A stretch of DNA of 64,000 nt from Spirochaetia bacterium (GTDB lineage Bacteria; Spirochaetota; Spirochaetia; SZUA-6; Bin103), in the NCBI GenBank assembly GCA_965203055.1, contig OZ241863.1, positions 1,056,001 through 1,120,000 on the forward strand, given 5' to 3'. Below are positions 19,013-29,561 of the stretch, in pieces. The notes under the pieces are model-generated. The model made no database searches and was not told where the DNA came from. It worked only from the letters and a program-made list of their open reading frames with translations. How positions within the stretch are numbered: position 1 is the stretch's first letter; the number at the start of each line of letters is the position of its first letter. Made by a program: the position numbers and the translations under genes.

Positions 19013-20155
19013 TCAGGCCTCGCGCCCGGCCCCAAGCCGGCGCAGGTACTTGGCAGCCAGCGGATCCTTCGGATCCAACTCGCGGATGGTTTCGAAGTAG
19101 CGCCGCGCCTCCTCCAGCAAGCCGCGCTTCATCGCCAGGATGCCCATGTTGGAGATGATCTTGGTGTTCTCCGGGTCGAGTTGCAACGCCGCCTTCAGGT
19201 TGCGCTCGGCGGCCGCGTAGGCGCGCAACTCCAGGTTGCAGATGGCCAGCTCGTTGTGGGTGTCCGCCAGGCCGGATTGATCCGCGGCCGGCGCCTGCGC
19301 CAGTACCGTCTCGAAGGCGCGCTTGGCGGCCGCGTAGGAGCCGGTCCGGCGCAGTGCCCACCCGCGCAGGAAGTGCGCCTGCCATACCTCGGGGTGCGCC
19401 GCCAGAAAGGTGTCGATGGTGCGCAGCCCTTCCTGTTCGGCGCCGTCGCGCACCAGTTCGTAGGCGCGGCGAAAGTTCTCCTCCTCCAGACCGTCCGCCG
19501 CCATCTGCCGCAGGAGGCGTTCCGTCTCGCTCCGGCGCTCCGGGTCGGAGCCGTGCCTGAGGTACCCCTGCAGGTGCGGCCGGGCGTCGCCGAAGCGCCG
19601 TTGGGTGAGGTAGAAGTGGGCCAGGTTGAGATGGGCGTTGGCGTGCCGCGGCGCCAGCTCCAGCGCCCGCCGGTAGGCGCGCTCCGCGCTCTGCCGCAGC
19701 CGCGCCGCGGCCTCCGGCTCGGCGCCGCGTTCGCTGGCGGCGGCATGTTCCTCGTAGGCGAATGCCAGGTTGAGCGCAGTGTCCACGTCCTCGGGATTCA
19801 ACCCGGTCAAGGCCAGGAACAACTCTTCGGCAAGGGTGAAGTCTCCGTTGTGGGCCTTGATGATCCCCGCTTCGGTAAGCTCCTCCTTGACGGCGGGTTT
19901 GGCGGCCCGGATGAAGCGGCGGTAGTAGGCCGCGTCGCGGTGCTGCGGCTGGTAGGCCAGAATCTTCAGCATCGCGGCTATGGTGGCGTCCCAGGTCAGG
20001 TCGTCGGGAGTCACCGCCGCGGCTTCCGGCGCCAATTCGATGGGGAGCGCTACCTCGGGGTCTACCTTGAACTCTGCCAACCGGTAGTCGAAGTCGTCGG
20101 GCAGGGAGATGTAGGCCAATCGCGCCAGCGGATCATGCGCGCCGTCGTGCGCCAT
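19013..20155 (-). CDS. Tetratricopeptide repeat protein
   Basis: C-terminal 380 aa of ORF 19013..21340; TPR-like helices AYRRALELAPRHANAHLNLA and NLKAALQLDPENTKIISNMG. Confidence 0.85.
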   Translation of the reverse strand: MAHDGAHDPLARLAYISLPDDFDYRLAEFKVDPEVALPIELAPEAAAVTPDDLTWDATIAAMLKILAYQPQHRDAAYYRRFIRAAKPAVKEELTEAGIIKAHNGDFTLAEELFLALTGLNPEDVDTALNLAFAYEEHAAASERGAEPEAAARLRQSAERAYRRALELAPRHANAHLNLAHFYLTQRRFGDARPHLQGYLRHGSDPERRSETERLLRQMAADGLEEENFRRAYELVRDGAEQEGLRTIDTFLAAHPEVWQAHFLRGWALRRTGSYAAAKRAFETVLAQAPAADQSGLADTHNELAICNLELRAYAAAERNLKAALQLDPENTKIISNMGILAMKRGLLEEARRYFETIRELDPKDPLAAKYLRRLGAGREA

Positions 20156-20239
20156 ACCCGCTAAGATACTACCGCTGCCGCAGGTGCGCCACCACCCACC
20201 ACCCCGGGCTGCTTGCCGGGAGGCCGGCAGCCGCGTAGG

Positions 20240-21256
20240 ATGCGGCCGGCCGCTGCGCGGCGCGGGAAGAGGGTGTACTCGGCAGTCGGAATTGGCTATG
20301 CGATCGTGGATTTCATCGCCCACGTGCCGGCGGCGCACGTGTCGCGTCTGGGGGCGCAGCCGGGCACCATGCGGCTGGTCGATCAGCGCCGCAGCCGGGC
20401 GTTGCGCCGGCCGCTGGCCGCGGCGCGCATCGTGCCCGGCGGGAGCTGCGCCAACACGATGCGCGGGCTGGGCTGGCTCCGCGCCGTTCTGGGCGGCACG
20501 CTGCAGCCCCCCCTGTTTGCGGGAGTGGTAGGCCGGGACGAGGAGGGAGGGGAGTATGGCCGCGCCCTGCGGCAGGCGGGGGTGGTCCCGGCCCTGCAGC
20601 GCCGCGCCGGCGCCACCGCCACCTCCACGGTGCTGGTCACCCCCGACGGCGAACGCACCATGTTTACCTGTCTCGCCGTGTGCCCGCAGTTCGCGCCGCC
20701 GGCGGTACCGGCGCCGGCGTGGGCTGCGGCGCGCGCCTGCTACGCTACCGGCTTCCTGTGCGACGCGGCCCCCAGTCTCGCGGCCCTGCGCGGGTGCGCG
20801 GCCGCGGCGGTCCGGCGCGGCGTGCCGGTGGTGTTCGACCTCGCCGATCGGCTGGTGGTCGAACGCCATCACGGCACCCTGCGCGACTGGCTGCCGGGCA
20901 CGGTAACGGTGCTCATCGGCAACCGCGAGGAGCTGCGCGTGTTGACCGGCTGCGGCGCCGACGAGACCGCGCTCGCGGCCGCCGGCGAGATCGCCTCCAT
21001 CGTCGTGCTGAAGGCGGGCGCGGGGGGCGCGCTGGTATGGGAGCGCGGCCGCGTCCGGGCGGTACCGACCGCGCCGGTCGCGGCCGTCGACACCACCGGC
21101 GCCGGCGATGCGTTCGCCGCCGGCTTCCTGTTCCGCTGGCTGGCCGGCGGCGCGCCCGCCGCCGCCGCGGCGATGGGCAACCTGCTGGCGGGAGCGGTGG
21201 TCGGCGTGGAGGGCTGCGACTACGCGCGCCTGGACCCCGCCGCAGTGCGCGTCTGA
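20240..21256 (+). CDS. PfkB-family carbohydrate/adenosine kinase
   Basis: GGSCANT, DGERTM, DTTGAGDAFAAG; GTG 20273 is an alternative start. Confidence 0.88.
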   Translation: MRPAAARRGKRVYSAVGIGYAIVDFIAHVPAAHVSRLGAQPGTMRLVDQRRSRALRRPLAAARIVPGGSCANTMRGLGWLRAVLGGTLQPPLFAGVVGRDEEGGEYGRALRQAGVVPALQRRAGATATSTVLVTPDGERTMFTCLAVCPQFAPPAVPAPAWAAARACYATGFLCDAAPSLAALRGCAAAAVRRGVPVVFDLADRLVVERHHGTLRDWLPGTVTVLIGNREELRVLTGCGADETALAAAGEIASIVVLKAGAGGALVWERGRVRAVPTAPVAAVDTTGAGDAFAAGFLFRWLAGGAPAAAAAMGNLLAGAVVGVEGCDYARLDPAAVRV

Positions 21257-21263
21257 ACGGCGG

Positions 21264-21608
21264 TCAGTTCGGCGCCGGCGCGCGGCCCTGCTCCGCCGGC
21301 TCCGGGCCGGACGCGGGCACGGAATCAAGCGCGCGGTCAATCTGGGCGATCATCCGCGTGGTGATTTCGCCGGCCTGACGGGCGTCCTCGGCGGCCGCGC
21401 CATTGGCGACCCGTTCCTTGAACAACTCGTCGACCACGTTGAGCGCTACCACGATCGAGACCTTCAGCGGGTCGGTGACCACGTTCCTGGCGACGGTCTC
21501 ATCGATGCGCTTGCGCAAGTAGGCAACCACGTCATCGAAGTATGCCTGCTCCTCGTCGCTGCGGATGGTGAATGAGGCGCCGAGTAGTTCGATCCTGGTC
21601 AGAGCCAT
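21264..21608 (-). CDS. zapA: Cell division protein ZapA
   Basis: IELLGASFTIRSDE...LKVSIVVALNVVDELF; follows zapB. Confidence 0.85.
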   Translation of the reverse strand: MALTRIELLGASFTIRSDEEQAYFDDVVAYLRKRIDETVARNVVTDPLKVSIVVALNVVDELFKERVANGAAAEDARQAGEITTRMIAQIDRALDSVPASGPEPAEQGRAPAPN

Positions 21609-21644
21609 TGCCTTGCCATTGCGGCGCTCGGTGGGAGCCGAGCG

Positions 21645-22202
21645 TCAGAATATGTCGAGCTCCGCACCCTCTCGATTCGGCGGCGGCTGCTCGCCGGCGT
21701 CCGCCTCGGTCGCGGCATCGGCCTCGGTCGCGGCGTCCCCTTCGGTTGCGGCCTCCGCTTCGGTCGCAGCGTCCGTCTCGGCCACCGCTTCCGTCTCGGT
21801 CGCGGCTTCCGCCTCGGCCTCCGGCGCCGCGGCCGATTCGTCAGCTCCGGCGATGACGGTCTGCGCCGCAGCCGGCTCCGGTTCGGCAGCGTCATCGGCC
21901 GCCGCCGGCGTGTCCTGCGGCGCGTCCGGCTGCTCCCCTTCGAATTCGTCCAACTGGTGCAGCATGCGGTTGAGGGGCTCTTCGATCTCCGCCTGGTTGG
22001 TGCGGAATTGGCGCAACTTCTCCTCGGTCGCGCTACGGGCGCGTTCGGACTCCTGGAGCTTGCGGTCAGACTCCTCGAGGCTGGCGTTGGCGGCCTGCAA
22101 CTCGGTGGTCAGGGAAGCGTTCTCGTCCCGCAACTCGGCCAGCATCCGCAGCACGCGCTCGATCCTGGTCTCCAGTCGGTGGACTTGTTCGACGCTGATC
22201 AT
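21645..22202 (-). CDS. zapB: Cell division protein ZapB-like coiled coil with acidic repeat tail
   Basis: [35 protein letters not shown] overlap with rplT; tail ends ELDIF. Confidence 0.75.
   Translation of the reverse strand: MISVEQVHRLETRIERVLRMLAELRDENASLTTELQAANASLEESDRKLQESERARSATEEKLRQFRTNQAEIEEPLNRMLHQLDEFEGEQPDAPQDTPAAADDAAEPEPAAAQTVIAGADESAAAPEAEAEAATETEAVAETDAATEAEAATEGDAATEADAATEADAGEQPPPNREGAELDIF
21700..21825. repeat. Imperfect 18-bp tandem repeats encoding A-A-T-E-x-x units
   Basis: [39 protein letters not shown]. Confidence 0.7.
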
Positions 22203-22579
22203 GACGCGGCGGCCTCCTCCAGCTGAGCGCGCACGGCGCCGCGCGCGCTCTCCACCAAGAGCGAGAACGCCGCCGGATCCTGGATCGCCAGGTTGGAGAG
22301 TGCCTTTCGGTCCAGGGTTATCTGCGCCAGTGACAAGCCGTGCATGAACTCCGAATAGCGCGTGCCCTGCGCCCGGCAGGCCGCGGAGATACGCGCGATC
22401 CACAGTGACCGGAAGTCGCGCTTGCGCCGCCGCCGGTCGCGATAGGAGTAGGCGAGGGCCTTCGCCACCGCATCCTTGGCCGGTCGGAACAGCTTGCTGC
22501 GGCGTCCCCAGTAACCCTTGGCGGACTTGAGAATCTTGCGCCGGCGGGCGTGACGCCGCCCGCTCCCGGCTCTCGGCAT
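22199..22579 (-). CDS. rplT: 50S ribosomal protein L20
   Basis: [17 protein letters not shown]...[19 protein letters not shown]. Confidence 0.98.
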   Translation of the reverse strand: MPRAGSGRRHARRRKILKSAKGYWGRRSKLFRPAKDAVAKALAYSYRDRRRRKRDFRSLWIARISAACRAQGTRYSEFMHGLSLAQITLDRKALSNLAIQDPAAFSLLVESARGAVRAQLEEAAAS

Positions 22580-22601
22580 GATTCGACCTCCTCAGAAAAA
22601 C

Positions 22602-22799
22602 CTAGGCGTACGGGATGAGCTGCCGGGCGCGTTTCTCCTCGGCCGAGCTCAGCGTCGCCCCCTGCCGCAGCTTGCGCTTACGTTTGCGGCTCTTCTTGGT
22701 GAGGATATGCCGCAGTCCCTGCTTCTTGTACTTGACTTTGCCGCCGGCGGTCAAGGAATACCGCTTCGCGGCGCTCTTACGTGTCTTGATCTTTGGCAC
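22602..22799 (-). CDS. rpmI: 50S ribosomal protein L35
   Basis: [14 protein letters not shown]...RHILTKKS. Confidence 0.98.
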   Translation of the reverse strand: MPKIKTRKSAAKRYSLTAGGKVKYKKQGLRHILTKKSRKRKRKLRQGATLSSAEEKRARQLIPYA

Positions 22800-23385
22800 G
22801 GGTTGTCTCTCGTCTTGGCTGATTCGCAGCCTGCGCCGCGTCGCGCGCGGCGGCCTTGGCCGCCGCCTTGGCGGCCGGGCCGGGGCTCAGAAACATCGAC
22901 ATGAAGCGCCCTTCCATCTGCGGCCTCCGCTCCAGCACCGCGGCATCGACCAGGATTTCCAGAATCCGGCCCAGGACGTCCCGCCCGATCTCGGTGTGGG
23001 CCAGCTCCCGGCCGCGGAAACGGATGGTAACCTTGACCTTGTTGCCCTCCTCGAGGAACTGGCGCACCTGCCGCGCCTTGAACTGCAGGTCGTGGGACTC
23101 GATCTTGGGCTGCATGCGAATCTCCTTGAGCTTGCCAAGCTTCTGCTTGCGCTTCGACTCCTTGATTCGCTTCTCCTGCTCGAACTTGTACTTGCCGTAG
23201 TCGAGGATCTTGCACACCGGGGGCCGCGCCATCGGCGAGACCTCAACCAGATCCAAGCCGTTATCGCGCGCCAGCATCATGGCCTGCTCGGTGCTCACCA
23301 CCCCTGCCTGCCTGCCGTCGGCGCTGATGAGCCGCACTTCGTGCACGCGGATCATGTCGTTTATTCTGAGTCTGCGTTCGGCCAA
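22777..23385 (-). CDS. infC: Translation initiation factor IF-3
   Basis: RINDMIR...LDLVEVSP...[15 protein letters not shown]...FRGRE; TTG start after GAGGAGG. Confidence 0.97.
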   Translation of the reverse strand: MAERRLRINDMIRVHEVRLISADGRQAGVVSTEQAMMLARDNGLDLVEVSPMARPPVCKILDYGKYKFEQEKRIKESKRKQKLGKLKEIRMQPKIESHDLQFKARQVRQFLEEGNKVKVTIRFRGRELAHTEIGRDVLGRILEILVDAAVLERRPQMEGRFMSMFLSPGPAAKAAAKAAARDAAQAANQPRRETTRAKDQDT

Positions 23386-23540
23386 TCGACCTCCTCATTG
23401 ACGCCGGCGCGGCTGCCCGAGGCGCGCCGGCGTCAGAATATCATCCTGTTGCGGCCCCGGCGCCGGGGCGCCGATCTTGCTCCCGGCAGCCCGCCGGTCC
23501 ACCTGTCAGGCCGGAGTATAGCAAGCCGCCGGCAAACGGG

Positions 23541-24206
23541 TCAAAGCACGCGCCCGCCGCCCCCGCCGCCCGCGTCAGCCCCGCGGCCCACCCGCCCGGC
23601 GGCGCTGGACAACACGAACAATACTTCCGCGGCGAGCCAGTTGGCCAGCCGCCGGCTGATGGTGCGCCGCCGCCCGATGTCGATCTCCTTGAGAATGGAG
23701 ACTCCCTCGGCGCCGCAGTAGTCGATGAAGTCCTTGCGCGTGCACAGGTGGATGTTGGGCGTGTCGTACCAGGAGTAGGGCAGGTCGCGCGTGACCGGCA
23801 TGCGGCCGGTCACCAGCAACTGCAGGCGCACCCGGTAGTAGCCGAAGTTCGGGAAGGACACGATGGCGCGCTTGCCGACGCGCAGCATCTCGGCCAGCAG
23901 CAACATCGGCCGCTGGATCACCTGCAGCGTCTGGTTCAGGATCACGTAGTCGTAGCTGCCGGAGGCATAGTCGCGCAGCCCCTCGTCCAGATCCCCCTGA
24001 AATACCGAGATTCCCTTGGAAATGCTCTCGATGATCATCGATTCGCGCAGCTCCACGCCGCGCCCGCGCACCTGCTTGGCCGCGATCAGGCGCGCCAGCA
24101 GCGCACCGTCGCCGCAGCCGAGGTCGAGCACGCTGCTGCCCGGCTCCACCAGGTTGACGATCTCGTCGTAGTCGACGTGAGGCCGATCGGAAGCAACCGC
24201 GGGCAT
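23541..24206 (-). CDS. metW: Methionine biosynthesis protein MetW
   Basis: VLDLGCGDG, VILNQTLQ, IVSFPNFG, WYDTPNIH; follows metX. Confidence 0.93.
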   Translation of the reverse strand: MPAVASDRPHVDYDEIVNLVEPGSSVLDLGCGDGALLARLIAAKQVRGRGVELRESMIIESISKGISVFQGDLDEGLRDYASGSYDYVILNQTLQVIQRPMLLLAEMLRVGKRAIVSFPNFGYYRVRLQLLVTGRMPVTRDLPYSWYDTPNIHLCTRKDFIDYCGAEGVSILKEIDIGRRRTISRRLANWLAAEVLFVLSSAAGRVGRGADAGGGGGGRVL

Positions 24207-24211
24207 CGCCG

Positions 24212-25417
24212 TCAGGCGTCGACGCTCGCCAGGAAGGAGCGGATGATGCGCGTCTGGCGCTCGGTCTCGATGAGGAACGAGTCGTGGCCGTGGGGACTGT
24301 CGATCTCCACGTACGACACGTCGTTGCCGGCCTGCATCAGGGCGCTGACGATGCTCTTCGACTGGGCCGAAGGGTAGAGCCAGTCGGAGGTGAAGGAGAC
24401 CAGCAGGAACTTGGCCCGGCTGGACGCGAAAGCCGCCGTCAAGCCGCCGTCACGGCCGTTCAGGTCGTAGTAGTCCATCGCCTTGGTGATGTACAGGTAG
24501 GCGTTGGCGTCGAACTCCTCGGCGAAGCGGGTGCCCTTGTAGTCGAGGTAGCTCTCCACTTCGAACTCATGGGAGAAGTCGTACTCGAACCGGTCTCGTT
24601 CCTGCAGCTTGCGGCCGAAGCGGCGTCCGAGCGACTCGTCCGACAGATAGGTCAGGTGCCCCACCATGCGCGCGGTAGCCAGGCCGCGGCGCGGCTGATC
24701 GCGCCCGTAGTAGTCGCCGGCGTGCCAGGCGGGATCGGTGGTAATCGCATTGCGCCCGATGGCGTGAAAGGCGATGCCCTGGGCCGAGATGGTGGCCGTC
24801 GAGGCAAGCACGATCGCCGATCGTACCAGGTCCGGAAAGCGCACCGACCACTCCAGCGCCTGCATCCCGCCCATGGAGCCGCCGGCCACGCAGTAGAGCT
24901 GCGGCAGGTCCAGGCAGCGCACCACCTCGCGCTGCGCCTGCACCATGTCGCCGATGGTTACCACCGGGAAGTTGAGCCCGTAGGGCTTGCCGGTGGAGGG
25001 ATCGACGGAGGCCGGGCCGGTACTGCCGTGACAGCCGCCGATGAAGTTGGTGCACACCACGAAGTAGCGCTCGGTATCGAACGCCTTGCCGGGGCCGATC
25101 ATCGGGTCCCACCAGCCGGGCCGGCGGTCGGACGGCGTATGGTAGCCGGCGGCGTGGTGGCTGCCGGAGGTGGCGTGAAACACCAGTACCGCGTTGCTGC
25201 GCGCGGCGTTCAACTCGCCGTAGGTCTCGTAGCGGATGGTGACCGGACCGAGCCGGCGGCCGCTCTCCAGCACCAGTTCCTCGGGCGGAGCGGCGAAGGT
25301 GTGGTCGTGCGGTTGCACCAGGCCTACCGAACCTGACTCCTGCCACGGCGCGGCCGCCGCCGGCGCCGCCGCGGAATGGCGCGCCGCTGCGGACCTGGGT
25401 CTCGAAATGCTGCTCAT
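24212..25417 (-). CDS. metX: Homoserine O-acetyltransferase
   Basis: YETYGELN, GWWDPMIGPG, GGSMGGMQALEW, SDWLYP, HGHDSFL. Confidence 0.95.
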   Translation of the reverse strand: MSSISRPRSAAARHSAAAPAAAAPWQESGSVGLVQPHDHTFAAPPEELVLESGRRLGPVTIRYETYGELNAARSNAVLVFHATSGSHHAAGYHTPSDRRPGWWDPMIGPGKAFDTERYFVVCTNFIGGCHGSTGPASVDPSTGKPYGLNFPVVTIGDMVQAQREVVRCLDLPQLYCVAGGSMGGMQALEWSVRFPDLVRSAIVLASTATISAQGIAFHAIGRNAITTDPAWHAGDYYGRDQPRRGLATARMVGHLTYLSDESLGRRFGRKLQERDRFEYDFSHEFEVESYLDYKGTRFAEEFDANAYLYITKAMDYYDLNGRDGGLTAAFASSRAKFLLVSFTSDWLYPSAQSKSIVSALMQAGNDVSYVEIDSPHGHDSFLIETERQTRIIRSFLASVDA

Positions 25418-25481
25418 GGTGCCGGGTAAGACATGGTGCCGGAACGCGGGCTGCCGCTTCCAACGACTGAGAGGTGCGGGT

Positions 25482-25511
25482 ATTGTACGGCCACCGTTCC
25501 GCCTCTGTCAA
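25482..25511 (-). promoter_or_regulatory. Sigma70 promoter for metXW
   Basis: TTGACA (25511-25506), 18 nt, TACAAT (25487-25482). Confidence 0.7.
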
Positions 25512-25556
25512 ACCGGCCGGGGGCGGACGACAGGCAATACGACATGGTGGGAGAAC

Positions 25557-26585
25557 TTGGCAGCCGAAGAATCGAGGAGGCGCTGGAGCGCTACACGGAG
25601 CAGCAGCAGGAATGGACGGCTCGGGCGCTGGTTGAGCATCGCCGGATCGGCGGCCTTGATTACCGCCTGCGCCTCGGGGGCCGCGGTGCGGCCATCGCCT
25701 ACCGCGGTGGGACCGGCGCCCGCCGACGCCCAACTGGTGGTGACCTTGCGGCAGCCGCTGGCCGGCGAGGTGATGTCCCGACTGGGCGCCGCCGGCTCGT
25801 TGCCGAAGCTGTTCGCCGAGCGCGCGGACGAGCTTGGCGCAATGACGGAGCGGATCGTGCTCAGCGTGCTCCCGGAGGGGCGCGGCGCGGTGCTGGCGCT
25901 GGTGCCGCGCGAGACCTATCCGGCGGAGCTGATCGGCTGGCAGCTGAACGTGAGTGACCTGCAGTTCTTCAGCGGCGGCGCCAGCGGCGTGCGCCGCTAC
26001 TGGAGCAACCCGCAGACCGGCTTCGGCATTCTGGTGTTCTCCAACCTCATCTACAGTTTCTGGCTTCCTCCGTACGAAGCGGCGGCCGGCGCCGCGGCGA
26101 GCGGTCCGGCGCCGGCGGTGCTCGAGCTGATCCGCGCCGCGCGGCGCGGTTCCGGCGTGCCGCTCCATCCGCTTGCGGCGCCGCTCAGCGAGGCGCACCT
26201 GTTTGCCTACCTGCAGGACGTCGCCGGCTTTGCGGCGCAGTTGTATCCGGCGACCCCCGGCACGGCGCGCGCCATGCGCCGGCTGCAGGCCGAGGCGGCG
26301 TGGGCGGCCGGGGAACCGGCGGGTCTCGAACCGGACGATCCGCTGCTGCTGCGCGCGGGAGTGGCGCTGCAGACCGACGACCCCGCTCCCTACATTGCGC
26401 TCACCCGGCTGCTGCTGGTGACGCTGCTGGCGCAGTTCGACCTGCTCGACGCCGCCGCGCTGCGCGGGGTGCAGGTTGGCGAGGGGGCGCCGGGCAGCAT
26501 TGCGGTTACCGGCCTGCGCCTGCCGCGCGCCATCCTGGGGGAGCTGATGAGCGCGGCGCGGCGAGGTGCGGATGAAGCCCCCTGA
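25557..26585 (+). CDS. Hypothetical lipoprotein
   Basis: Lipobox-like ALITAC after a basic N-region; start uncertain (TTG 25557 after GGGAG); overlaps the hisH start. Confidence 0.6.
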   Translation: MAAEESRRRWSATRSSSRNGRLGRWLSIAGSAALITACASGAAVRPSPTAVGPAPADAQLVVTLRQPLAGEVMSRLGAAGSLPKLFAERADELGAMTERIVLSVLPEGRGAVLALVPRETYPAELIGWQLNVSDLQFFSGGASGVRRYWSNPQTGFGILVFSNLIYSFWLPPYEAAAGAAASGPAPAVLELIRAARRGSGVPLHPLAAPLSEAHLFAYLQDVAGFAAQLYPATPGTARAMRRLQAEAAWAAGEPAGLEPDDPLLLRAGVALQTDDPAPYIALTRLLLVTLLAQFDLLDAAALRGVQVGEGAPGSIAVTGLRLPRAILGELMSAARRGADEAP

Positions 26586-27195
26586 CGAAGTGGTGATCGT
26601 CGATTACGAGGCCGGCAACTTGCGCAGCGTGGAGCTGGCGGTTGCCCACCTCGGCGCCGCGCCGGTCGCCAGCGCCGACCCGGAGCGGGTTCGCCGCGCG
26701 CGGCGGGTGATCTTTCCGGGAGTGGGCGGCGCGGATGCGGCGATGGCGGTGTTGCGCCGCCGCGGGCTCGACGCCGCCCTGCGCGAGGTGCATCGCGCGG
26801 GCCGCCCGATGTTGGGCATCTGCGTGGGCTGCCAGGTGATCTTCGACTCCTCCGAGGAGGGGCCGACCGATTGTCTCGGACTGGTGGCCGGGCGGGTGAC
26901 CAGGATGCGGCCGGCCGCGGGGCGCAAGGTGCCGCACATGGGCTGGAACGTGGTGCGCCAACGGCAGCGCCACCCGGTGGTCGCCGGCATTGCCGACGGC
27001 GCCCGGTTCTACTTCGTGCACTCCTACTGCGCCCGGCCGGAGCAGCCGGATGCCACGGTGGGGACCACCCGGTATGGCGGCGAATTCGCCGCCATCGTCG
27101 CTGCCGGCAACCTGGTGGCCACCCAGTTCCACGCCGAGAAGTCGGGCCGCTGGGGACTGCGGCTGCTGGCCAACTTCCTCTCCTGGACCCCGTGA
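26572..27195 (+). CDS. hisH: Imidazole glycerol phosphate synthase glutaminase subunit
   Basis: [39 protein letters not shown]. Confidence 0.96.
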   Translation: MKPPDEVVIVDYEAGNLRSVELAVAHLGAAPVASADPERVRRARRVIFPGVGGADAAMAVLRRRGLDAALREVHRAGRPMLGICVGCQVIFDSSEEGPTDCLGLVAGRVTRMRPAAGRKVPHMGWNVVRQRQRHPVVAGIADGARFYFVHSYCARPEQPDATVGTTRYGGEFAAIVAAGNLVATQFHAEKSGRWGLRLLANFLSWTP

Positions 27196-27971
27196 TGGCC
27201 GCGGAGTTGGCGAAGCGCGTCATCGTGTGTCTGGACGTGCGCGACGGCAAGACCACCAAGGGGGTGCGGTTCCTCGACAACCGGGTGGTGGGCGACCCGG
27301 TGGCCATGGCGCGGCAGTACTACCGGGACGGCGTGGACGAGTTGGTGTTCTACGACATCACCGCTTCCGCGGAGCGGCGCGGCATCATGCTCGACGTGGT
27401 GCGCCGGGTGGCGGAGCAGATCTTCATTCCGTTCGCCGTGGGCGGCGGCATCAGGTCGGTGGCCGACATGCGCGCCGTGCTGCTGGCCGGCGCCGAGAAG
27501 GTGTCGGTCAACTCGCAGGCGGTGCGTAATCCGGCGATCATCAGCGAAGGGGCGGCCGCGTTCGGCACGCAGTGCATCGTGCTGGGGCTGGACGCCAAGC
27601 GGGATCCCGCCATGCCCAGCGGCTACCGCGTGATGATCGACGGCCTGCGCCGCTCCACCGAGCTGGATGCCCTGGAGTGGGCGCTGCGGGCGCAGGAGCT
27701 GGGAGCGGGTGAGGTGGTGCTCAACGCCATCGACACCGACGGCGTGCAGGCCGGTTACGAGCTGCCGGCGACGCGCCTGCTGGCCGACGCCCTGACCATT
27801 CCGGTAGTGGCGTCCGGCGGGGCCGGCACGCCGGACCACCTGTACGAGGTGCTGCGGGAGGGCCGCGCGCACGCCGCGCTGGTCGCCTCCATGGTGCACT
27901 TCGGCACCTGGACCGTGCGCGAGATCAAGCGCAGCCTCGCCCGGCGCGGCATCTGCATCCGCGAAGAGTGA
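27195..27971 (+). CDS. hisF: Imidazole glycerol phosphate synthase cyclase subunit
   Basis: [35 protein letters not shown]. Confidence 0.96.
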   Translation: MAAELAKRVIVCLDVRDGKTTKGVRFLDNRVVGDPVAMARQYYRDGVDELVFYDITASAERRGIMLDVVRRVAEQIFIPFAVGGGIRSVADMRAVLLAGAEKVSVNSQAVRNPAIISEGAAAFGTQCIVLGLDAKRDPAMPSGYRVMIDGLRRSTELDALEWALRAQELGAGEVVLNAIDTDGVQAGYELPATRLLADALTIPVVASGGAGTPDHLYEVLREGRAHAALVASMVHFGTWTVREIKRSLARRGICIREE

Positions 27972-28044
27972 AACGGCCGGAGCGGCGGAGCGTTGCCTTT
28001 CGCCGCCGGCGTGACTATAGTAGAGGCACTTCAAAGAGGTATGA

Positions 28045-28395
28045 ATGCCCACCTACGACTATGAGTGCTCGAACGGCCATCAGTTCGAATGCCTGCAGTC
28101 GATCACCGCTGAGCCCCTGTCCGAGTGCATCACCTGCGGGGCATCGGTCCGCCGGCTGATCGGCGGCGGCACCGGGATCATCTTCAAGGGATCGGGATTC
28201 TACGTAACCGATTCCAAGAACGGCAAGCGCGCCGACAAGCCCGCCAAGCAGGAGGGGGCCGGCGGCGACAGCGCAGCCGCCAAGGACGGTTCCCCGAAGG
28301 AGGGCGCCAAAGACGGCGCCAAGCAGACCGCGGAGTCCTCGAAGGAGCGCGGCAACAAGGCGGCCAAATCGGCCGCGGCGGCCAAGGCTACTTAA
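28045..28395 (+). CDS. FmdB-family zinc-ribbon protein
   Basis: MPTYDYEC...H.FE...C..CG...IIFKGSGFYVTD; TTGCCT-17-TATAGT upstream at 27993-28021. Confidence 0.9.
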   Translation: MPTYDYECSNGHQFECLQSITAEPLSECITCGASVRRLIGGGTGIIFKGSGFYVTDSKNGKRADKPAKQEGAGGDSAAAKDGSPKEGAKDGAKQTAESSKERGNKAAKSAAAAKAT

Positions 28396-29561
28396 GGCAA
28401 CCCTTCGAAGCGCGTGGCCTGCGCCGCGGCCGCGGCTTCGGCCACCAGCGGCGTCATGGCCAGGCGGTCGTAGGAGGCGCGGAGCTGCGCCACCTTGGGA
28501 TTGATCACCGGGTGGCGCGGGGCGAACAGCGTGCAGCAGTCGGGGTAGGGCAGCGTCGAGATGGCGAAGGTGTCGATCTCGCGCGCCAGCGCGATGATCG
28601 CTTCCTTGGACTGGCCGATCAGGGGCCGCAACACCGGGAGGGAGGCGTAGCTGCCGGTGAGGTGCAGGCTTGGCACGGTCTGGCTGGCGACTTGGCCGAG
28701 GCTCTCGCCGGTGATCAGGCAGCCGTGGCCGCGCTCGCCGGCGATCAGGTCGGCGACCTGCATCATGGCGCAGCGCATCAGCAGCGTGACTTCCGCCGCC
28801 GGCGCCGCTTCCTTGATGCGCACCTGCAGTGGGGTGAACGGCACCACGCGCAGGATCAGGCGCGGCAGGAAGCGGCTCAGCGCGCGCGCCAGGGAGTGCA
28901 CCTTCTCCTCCGCCTCGGTGGAGGTGAACGGGTAGGAGTGGAAGTAGACCGCGTCCACCGCCAACCCCCGGCCGCCCATCAGATAGCCGGCCACCGGCGA
29001 GTCGATGCCGCCCGACAACAACAACAGCCCGCGCCCGGAGGCGCCCACCGGCAGCCCGCCCAGGCCGCGGCGCTGCTCCGCGTAGACGTAGATCCGGTCG
29101 CGTACCTCGACGTTGACGGTAACCTCCGGCCGGCGCACGTCCACCGCTGCCTGCGGCATCCGCTTGCGCAGCAGGTCGCCGAGCAGGCAGGCGATGTCGT
29201 AAGAGGTAAGGGAGAAGCTCTTGTCTTCGCGGCGCGCCTCCACCTTGAAGCTGCGCGGCGGCGCACCGGCGGCGAGCTCGGCGGCGACGGCGTCCGCCGC
29301 CTGCGGGAATGCCGTCTCGCTCTTGGAAAATCGCCGCACGCGCGCGAAGGAGACCACGCCGAAGGTGGCGGCCAGGGTCTGTTCGGCCGCGGCGGCCAGG
29401 CGGTCGTCCACGGTGAGGAACATCCGTCCCCAGATACGGCGCGCGCGCGCCGCCTCCGGCGGCAGCCGCGCCGCGATGTTGCGCAGCAGGCGGCGTTCGA
29501 ACGCTACCCGATTGGCTCCCTTGAGCGAGATCTCCCCGTACTTGATCAGGAACTCGGTCAC
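28392..29561 (-). CDS. thiI: tRNA 4-thiouridine synthase ThiI
   Basis: IKYGEISLKGANR, THUMP domain, LLSGGIDSPVA, TGESLGQVASQT, DCCTLF. Confidence 0.95.
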   Translation of the reverse strand: MTEFLIKYGEISLKGANRVAFERRLLRNIAARLPPEAARARRIWGRMFLTVDDRLAAAAEQTLAATFGVVSFARVRRFSKSETAFPQAADAVAAELAAGAPPRSFKVEARREDKSFSLTSYDIACLLGDLLRKRMPQAAVDVRRPEVTVNVEVRDRIYVYAEQRRGLGGLPVGASGRGLLLLSGGIDSPVAGYLMGGRGLAVDAVYFHSYPFTSTEAEEKVHSLARALSRFLPRLILRVVPFTPLQVRIKEAAPAAEVTLLMRCAMMQVADLIAGERGHGCLITGESLGQVASQTVPSLHLTGSYASLPVLRPLIGQSKEAIIALAREIDTFAISTLPYPDCCTLFAPRHPVINPKVAQLRASYDRLAMTPLVAEAAAAAQATRFEGLP

